From a virus (taxonomy: Duplodnaviria > Caudoviricetes), in IMG/VR virus record IMGVR_UViG_3300023218_000089, positions 1 to 31,359 of that record: 31,359 bases of DNA, one strand, 5' to 3'. Shown here piece by piece: positions 25,950 to 31,359 of the stretch (the stretch's first letter is position 1; each line of letters begins with the position of its first letter). Made by a program: the position numbers and the translations under genes. The notes beneath the pieces were generated by a model. It was given only the letters and a program-made list of their open reading frames with translations, was not told the origin of the DNA and did not search any database.

Positions 25950-26130
25950 CGCCTTGGATGTACCGCTTCAGTTCCGCCGCAGCGGTCTTCATCAGGTCGA
26001 TCGCTTCCTCGGTCCGCTGCTCCGGAGTCGCGTAGCTCAAGTCGCGCATTACGTTATGGGCGACCTGAATGCGGGCCGGGACCAGCACCTCGGGCAAACC
26101 GTCGTCGAAGTCGTCGCAGTAGGGACTCAT
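25903..26130 (-). CDS. hypothetical protein
   Basis: 75-aa ORF with ATGA overlap to the KTSC gene. Confidence 0.6.
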   Translation of the reverse strand: MSPYCDDFDDGLPEVLVPARIQVAHNVMRDLSYATPEQRTEEAIDLMKTAAAELKRYIQGDDGQNRRLDDTFGRN

Positions 26131-27194
26131 CCCCGCCCCCTGTACGGCACACCCCGGTTCGGCTCGCCCCGATATGGCCCCACGTAGGCCGTCGACCGCG
26201 AGCGTAAAGTCTCAATCTTCCCGGTCCTGATGTTCAGGGTCTTCACGGTCCGCTGCTGGTAATACTCGCCGTCCGCTCGACGCACGGCACGCCGCGGCAC
26301 ATAGCCCCCGGTGACGGTGCGGAGCGAGTAGCGGTACTGATGACCCGAGACGGTGCCTCGGATGCGGAGCTTGTCCCAGACGAATTTGCCCTTGGAGGCC
26401 GCGGCCTGAAACGCCCGGAACAAGTCGGGATGCACGTCGTAGTAGTAATACATCGGGCCGGCCGTTTTCCCGCCGCCCTTGCCTTTCTGCAAAAACCGCA
26501 CCTTGAGCGTCGACGCTGCCGGGTTGTCCCAGTTGAAGACGAACCCGATCGAATGCACGTTACTCGACGAGACTTCGATCATCTGCCCCGTGATGATCGG
26601 GTCGTCCTGGCGGAAACGCCGGTGACTCGCCCCGACCTGCACCTCCACCATGTTCGAGGGCAGCGGTGAACCCATCGGGGACGGGGGAGCGGTGCCGGTC
26701 CTCGGGTTACGTCGCGGCGGCTCCGCTTGCGGCTGTGGGCGAGGCGACTGGGGTTGAGTCGGCTGAGGCGGCTGGACCGAGAAGCCCTGCTCCCGCAGGT
26801 AGTCGGCCAGTTGCTCGTTCATGGCCTTCCTGTCGCCGCCCCCGATCGGAAGCCCCTTCAGGGCCTCCATGAGCGGACGCACGGCACTGATTTCCCGCTC
26901 GACCTCGCGGGCTATCATGTTGCCCGAAGGGCGGAACATCGCCTTCAGCACCCAACCCAGCGGGCCGATCTGATCCATCAGTTCCCCGACGGCCCTCTTG
27001 GTCATGCCTGCCACAATGCGGCGAGGATCGACCCAGCGGCGTCGGGTGTACCGCTTCGCATCGCGGACCACCGTCGGCATCGGCCCGCGGCCCCGCGACG
27101 CTCGCTCGAGTTCGTCGACCGCAGACAGGAGCGTTTCCATGTCCTTGGCCTGCCGAATGGCTCGTTCGAGATTTTTGAGGAGTGGGGATGGCAT
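26127..27194 (-). CDS. KTSC-domain protein
   Basis: IEVSSSNVHSIGF...LKVRF...YYYYDVHPDLFRAFQAAASKGKFV; start trimmed to ATG 27194 (TAATG overlap). Confidence 0.8.
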   Translation of the reverse strand: MPSPLLKNLERAIRQAKDMETLLSAVDELERASRGRGPMPTVVRDAKRYTRRRWVDPRRIVAGMTKRAVGELMDQIGPLGWVLKAMFRPSGNMIAREVEREISAVRPLMEALKGLPIGGGDRKAMNEQLADYLREQGFSVQPPQPTQPQSPRPQPQAEPPRRNPRTGTAPPSPMGSPLPSNMVEVQVGASHRRFRQDDPIITGQMIEVSSSNVHSIGFVFNWDNPAASTLKVRFLQKGKGGGKTAGPMYYYYDVHPDLFRAFQAAASKGKFVWDKLRIRGTVSGHQYRYSLRTVTGGYVPRRAVRRADGEYYQQRTVKTLNIRTGKIETLRSRSTAYVGPYRGEPNRGVPYRGRG

Positions 27195-27481
27195 TAGATC
27201 ACCTTTCCGCAGTGCGGGCACGTCCGTTTCCGCGGCGGTGCTGGCGGCGTTTTGGGTCTGTCCGCATGATCGACGACATCGCTGACTGCGTACGTCACAC
27301 CATTAACAGTCTCGTACCCGCACTGTCCGATTACGAGCTTTCGCCCCTCTGCGGTGCTCAATGCTTGTCCAACACGGGGTGCCGCGAACCCATACCCCCC
27401 CCGCACAGTCACCGGCTGATAGGCTTTGCCGTTCATCATCAGCACTTCCGGTGAATCCGCGAGTCCGACTTTGTTTTTCAC
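27194..27481 (-). CDS. small protein with C-terminal CPHCG
   Basis: GTG start after GGAGG RBS; ends RTCPHCGKVI. Confidence 0.6.
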   Translation of the reverse strand: MKNKVGLADSPEVLMMNGKAYQPVTVRGGYGFAAPRVGQALSTAEGRKLVIGQCGYETVNGVTYAVSDVVDHADRPKTPPAPPRKRTCPHCGKVI

Positions 27482-27570
27482 GTCCCCCTCCCCGCCGGCA
27501 ACAATCGGCTCTTCGAGCGTCGATCGAGCTTCACCCCGTGACGCTCGCCGGGAGCGTCGATCGACTCCCG

Positions 27571-29055
27571 CTAGACCGGCTGGCCCGCCCCGTAACGCAT
27601 CGACTCGGTGAAACACAGATATCGCAGAGCATCGACCAGGTGATCGTCCTTCTTGACCGGAGCGACCTTGGCGTCGGTCGGGTTTACACCGGCGTCGGAC
27701 TCCCGATACCACCGATATTTCAGAATCTCCCGGATCAGTTCCTTGCACGACTCCGCGATATAGAGCCGCGGCTGGCCGTCGGGGTGATCCTCGTCCGCGA
27801 GCGCCGGGTCGAGCTGCAACAGATACTGAATGTGTTCAATGCCCGGCAGCACGTCGTTCGACGCCGCCACCAATGGCAGGTTCGGATAGCCCGGGCAATA
27901 CTGCGAGAGCTTCGCCGCGATCCGAATGAACCCCGCGCCCGAGGGGTCCGCGTACGTGCTCCCGTAGTTCGCCTGCTTCGGCCACGGCCAGCGGCCGATG
28001 ATCGCCTTCAGGTGCTCATGCACCGTGACAGGTTCCGCGGATTTGTACTCGTCGTAGACGAACCACTGCCCGACGCTGTTTCGGAAAGCCCACAGGGCTC
28101 CGAACGGGTTGGAAGGCCCGGCTCCCCAGTCGATCCCCCGGCGGTGCTGCTGTTCGCGGGAGAACGGTACCTCGTCGTCACGAATGACGTGAATGTGCTT
28201 CGCGAAGTCGTCGTAGATCAGCCCCTGCCACTTCGGGAGCTTGCCCGTCATTCGGGTTTCCCGCATCGCCTTCGGGATCGTCGCGAAGAACTGGTTGAAC
28301 CACGACTCGGTGACGTGCCCCGCCTCCATCGCGCATTCAGTGTTGAGGTAATAGACCTCCCAGTCCGGGGGTAGGTCATTGTCCTCGATCATGTCGAGGA
28401 GTTCGGTCCCGATGTTCGGGTCGACCGGCGTGAACTCGACGATCTTGTTGCCGCCGAAGTCGTATTCCCGGCACCCGCGGAGCGTTTCCTCAATGAAGTC
28501 GAACGGAGCCTGTTCGATGAACATGAACCCGCCGATCGAGCGAGCCTGAGCCGATTCGCGGCCCTGCTTCCAGCCCCGGAACTCCATCGACCAGTTCTTG
28601 CCTGGACGGTCCGGCCACGGCTTCAGGGGAACCGAGAACGGCAGATTCTTCCGAGGCTTCCACCAGACGATCCGATCCCAGTCGACCTCGGACGTCGGCA
28701 TGTGCCCCAGTGCAATCATTTTCTCTTTCCACGCCGTCTCCATGCACTGTTCGAGGTTCGGGGCGATAAACCAGATCGGCGTGTCGTGCCGCGGCGGCGG
28801 GGTCGTGAGCATAAACTCGCATAGGGCATGCACGCCAGTCGTGGTGGTCCCGGCCCCGTTACCGCCGAGCAAAATCTTCACCCCCTGCGTCTTGGATTCG
28901 AGGAACGCGGTCTGCTGATCGAACCGGAGCGGCTGATCCGGTCGAGGCTTGAAGTGGAAGTATCCCTGCTCGGCTTGCTGCGCGTACTCCTGGAACAGCG
29001 GGTCGTCGAGAACCGCGTCGGTGATCTGGCTCGGGCTTTTGACCGTCGCGACCAT
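27571..29055 (-). CDS. terL: terminase large subunit
   Basis: N-terminal ATPase-like domain; RNase H nuclease motifs RGIDWG, YADPSG, KKDDHLVDALRY. Confidence 0.9.
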   Translation of the reverse strand: MVATVKSPSQITDAVLDDPLFQEYAQQAEQGYFHFKPRPDQPLRFDQQTAFLESKTQGVKILLGGNGAGTTTTGVHALCEFMLTTPPPRHDTPIWFIAPNLEQCMETAWKEKMIALGHMPTSEVDWDRIVWWKPRKNLPFSVPLKPWPDRPGKNWSMEFRGWKQGRESAQARSIGGFMFIEQAPFDFIEETLRGCREYDFGGNKIVEFTPVDPNIGTELLDMIEDNDLPPDWEVYYLNTECAMEAGHVTESWFNQFFATIPKAMRETRMTGKLPKWQGLIYDDFAKHIHVIRDDEVPFSREQQHRRGIDWGAGPSNPFGALWAFRNSVGQWFVYDEYKSAEPVTVHEHLKAIIGRWPWPKQANYGSTYADPSGAGFIRIAAKLSQYCPGYPNLPLVAASNDVLPGIEHIQYLLQLDPALADEDHPDGQPRLYIAESCKELIREILKYRWYRESDAGVNPTDAKVAPVKKDDHLVDALRYLCFTESMRYGAGQPV

Positions 29056-29606
29056 CAGTTCTGATCAGCCCCCAGCATGGCCTGCATGCGGTTGAACATC
29101 TCCCGGCGGGCGGCGTCTTTGCTCATGCCGGCGACCCGAACCTCGCCGGAGTGGCGGACCTCGATCGGCTCATCTGCCCCCCAGCTTTTCCGAATGCGGT
29201 CGAGTGACGCCATGGCCTTGTCGAGGTACTGCGAATCCCCACACTGCCCCTTCGTGACCGTGATGTCGACCTCGTTGTCTCCCGAGACACCGGCGCGATT
29301 CTCCACCGCGTCCTGCTTCGACCGCTCCCACGCGTCCATGGCCTCGTGATAGATCGCCATCAGCCGGTCATGGTGCTCCGCCTTGATCTCGCGGATTTGC
29401 TCCATGTACCGCGGCATCAGCCACGCACGGACCTTATGCACGTTCTGGTGAACCGCCGACTTCGAGACCTCGATCTTCTCCGCGATCTGCCGGAGCGTCA
29501 GCCCACGCGTCCAGTCCGCGTACTGCTCAAGCATCTCCGGCGTCGGTTCCCACGGGCGATCCTTGGCCGCCCTTCGGTCCTTCGCCGTGGTTTTCTTCCG
29601 TGCCAT
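29055..29606 (-). CDS. terS: terminase small subunit
   Basis: N-terminal HTH (GLTLRQIAEKIEVSKSAV), EVRHSGEV; coupled (TGATG) to terL. Confidence 0.75.
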   Translation of the reverse strand: MARKKTTAKDRRAAKDRPWEPTPEMLEQYADWTRGLTLRQIAEKIEVSKSAVHQNVHKVRAWLMPRYMEQIREIKAEHHDRLMAIYHEAMDAWERSKQDAVENRAGVSGDNEVDITVTKGQCGDSQYLDKAMASLDRIRKSWGADEPIEVRHSGEVRVAGMSKDAARREMFNRMQAMLGADQN

Positions 29607-29635
29607 CCGTCGTCAACTCCTGTTGTCCTTCCGCG

Positions 29636-30619
29636 TTACGCCGTCTGCCGACTCTTCCTCAGCACGGCAGCGACCTTCTGCGGGGTCACTTTGTCCCCGG
29701 TCTTCTCAGACACGAGTTCCGCGATCATGCCCGCCTCGGCTTCCTCCCCGAGTTCGTCCGACGTTTCCAGGATCACGTCGTCGAGACTCTGACCTTCAGG
29801 GGGATCGTTTGGCTGCTGTTGCGTCGTGGTACCACCCGGCAGGTGGTCGAGATCGTGTGTTGGCTCATGCGGGGACCGCAGGGCGTTCACGTTTTCCAAT
29901 TCCGGGACCGTGCGTCCGGTTTTGCGGGCGACCCGGCGAACTTCCTCCGGCGTAACCCGTTTGAGTTGGGCGATTTGCTCCACGTTGCAGCCGTCGTCGA
30001 TCAACTGTTCGATCGTCGCCGGCTCTTCGACTCGCCGGCCCGGGCGGCTCGCAGCCGCCGCCCGGAGTTTGTTCAGGGCATCCGCGGAGACGACCTGCAT
30101 CCGCTCCTGCTGCTCCGGGTGGACCCAGTTTTTCGTGTGGGTGCCAGGCTTGGCCGATTCTTCGTCGAGTTTCTTGGTGTCGGGGGAGCCGTTGGGCTTC
30201 ACGAACGGCCCCTGCCCCCGGTGTCCCCAGATGTGATAGGCGATCTGGTGGTCGGTGACTTTCTGCTCCCGGAGCAACCGGACCGGCTCGGGTTCCTTGG
30301 CTTCGTATTCCTGGGCCCCCTTGAGGGCGTGCCGGACGTTCGCGAGGGCGGTCCAGACCTCGGGCTTCGGCATCCCGTTGGGAAGCCAGCCGCCGGTCGT
30401 GTAGTTCCGCCAGCGTCCCGCGAAGGCGCACGCGTGGGCGATAAGTTCGCGGCACCTGCCGGGGATGTCCCCGGCTTCGCAGACGTCGATGAACGTCTCG
30501 GCCGCTTCTTCGAGGGCCGCGGTCGGGGGAATCTCCGAACCGGTGTTGTTCGCCCAGTCGTCATGGACTGCGATCAGGTTGGTGGCCGCGTCCAGAATGT
30601 CAGTCGTTCGCTGATCCAA
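29636..30619 (-). CDS. hypothetical phage protein with HTH-like repeats
   Basis: 327-aa ORF, TTG start; segments VTDHQIA, NVEQIA..VTPEEV, VTPQKV. Confidence 0.65.
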   Translation of the reverse strand: MDQRTTDILDAATNLIAVHDDWANNTGSEIPPTAALEEAAETFIDVCEAGDIPGRCRELIAHACAFAGRWRNYTTGGWLPNGMPKPEVWTALANVRHALKGAQEYEAKEPEPVRLLREQKVTDHQIAYHIWGHRGQGPFVKPNGSPDTKKLDEESAKPGTHTKNWVHPEQQERMQVVSADALNKLRAAAASRPGRRVEEPATIEQLIDDGCNVEQIAQLKRVTPEEVRRVARKTGRTVPELENVNALRSPHEPTHDLDHLPGGTTTQQQPNDPPEGQSLDDVILETSDELGEEAEAGMIAELVSEKTGDKVTPQKVAAVLRKSRQTA

Positions 30620-30621
30620 GG

Positions 30622-30927
30622 CTATGCCTCCAGATAGGTAATGAATCCCGAGACCTGCACGGCCCCGCCAAGGTTGAGTTGAATGCCCTTCCCGACAGGG
30701 GTGCGGAAATGCCCTGCCGGGTCGACGCTCGAGTTGAAGGCCACGCTCGTGCCGAGCGTCATGGCCCCCGTGAGGTCGTTCCCGTCGGTGTCCTCGACCG
30801 TCACCGTGACGGCTCCCGCGGCGTGCAGGACGAGGTTGACGACGTTGATTTCCTTGCCTTCAACGGCCGCGATCACGGCGTTCACGCCCGACGATGCGAC
30901 ACTGACTGCGGCGTGCTTGCGTTGCAT
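30622..30927 (-). CDS. small beta-rich structural-like protein
   Basis: 101-aa ORF tightly packed with its neighbours. Confidence 0.65.
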   Translation of the reverse strand: MQRKHAAVSVASSGVNAVIAAVEGKEINVVNLVLHAAGAVTVTVEDTDGNDLTGAMTLGTSVAFNSSVDPAGHFRTPVGKGIQLNLGGAVQVSGFITYLEA

Positions 30928-30930
30928 GAT

Positions 30931-31305
30931 TCAGTTCTCCCCGAGAGTCTCGACAATGTGGTCGATGCCGATGACTCTCCCGGTGTTGGTCGTGACCGTG
31001 AACGTCAACGTGTACGTGACTTGCTTCTGCCCGGCCGATATTTCGAACTGGAAGGCCTTGTCCGCGATGAGCTCGTGCCCGTCGCGAGCCGTCGTATCCG
31101 AGGATACGGCCTCGACGTTCGACACCGTCAGTTCCGCGGCATCCGCCACATTACTCGATTGCGCGGCCAGCGAGACCGACGAGATCGTCTCGCTGCTACC
31201 GAGGAGGGCACTTGATCCCGGTGGCCTCAGGCGGCAGTCGATGTAGTAGGTGTCCTGATCCCGGACGTGCCGTACGGTATTTTCAGTGGTCCCAACTCGG
31301 CTCAT
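30931..31305 (-). CDS. Ig-like phage fibre/tail adaptor-like protein
   Basis: YYIDC...SETISSV...YTLTFTVTTNTGRV pattern; GGAGGTGA RBS. Confidence 0.55.
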   Translation of the reverse strand: MSRVGTTENTVRHVRDQDTYYIDCRLRPPGSSALLGSSETISSVSLAAQSSNVADAAELTVSNVEAVSSDTTARDGHELIADKAFQFEISAGQKQVTYTLTFTVTTNTGRVIGIDHIVETLGEN

Positions 31306-31359
31306 ACCTCACCTCCGGCGGTCGACCAGTCGGTTCGCCCGTTGCCGCTGGTTACGGCG

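Noticed and set aside
16495-30637. Long plus-strand ORFs (e.g. 16495-17412, 20207-21355, 27361-28374, 29600-30637)
   Set aside because: Antisense to well-supported phage genes; typical of high-GC DNA; no recognisable motifs.
1-31359. Host assignment and prophage boundaries
   Set aside because: The gene content is reminiscent of Planctomycetota phages, but no host genes, att sites, integrase or transposase are visible, so neither can be supported.

Overview
A GC-rich tailed (pro)phage late region with Mu-like head genes, read almost entirely on the minus strand. From right to left it encodes: adaptor/hypothetical proteins, small and large terminase, a KTSC-domain protein, a sulfotransferase, a DUF935-type portal with a long C-terminal extension, a small DUF2292-like protein, protease/scaffold, capsid cement, major capsid, a gp36-like adaptor, tail tube, a tail chaperone with a -1 frameshift, a short tape-measure-like protein, tail/baseplate proteins, a type IB topoisomerase with an acidic partner, and a 1062-aa Thr/Cys-rich mucin-like tail protein. 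A modification cluster follows (Stf0-like sulfotransferase, three GT-A glycosyltransferases, SAM methyltransferase), and the window ends in a divergent promoter/RHH repressor region. Main leads: (1) a candidate phage-encoded mucin-type O-glycosylation/sulfation system, with ppGalNAc-T-like enzymes and poly-Thr tracts on three virion proteins; (2) a 28-bp identical RNA element fused to terminators ahead of head and tail genes, one copy directly after a small candidate antiterminator gene; (3) peptide modules and a Y-[ASQE]-[RK] motif shared by the portal extension, topoisomerase IB and scaffold, suggesting head-packaged cargo; (4) a terminase lacking the Walker A Lys and Walker B Asp. No integrase, lysis genes, tRNA, rRNA or CRISPR array were recognised. 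All family calls are from motif recognition by eye; no searches were run.
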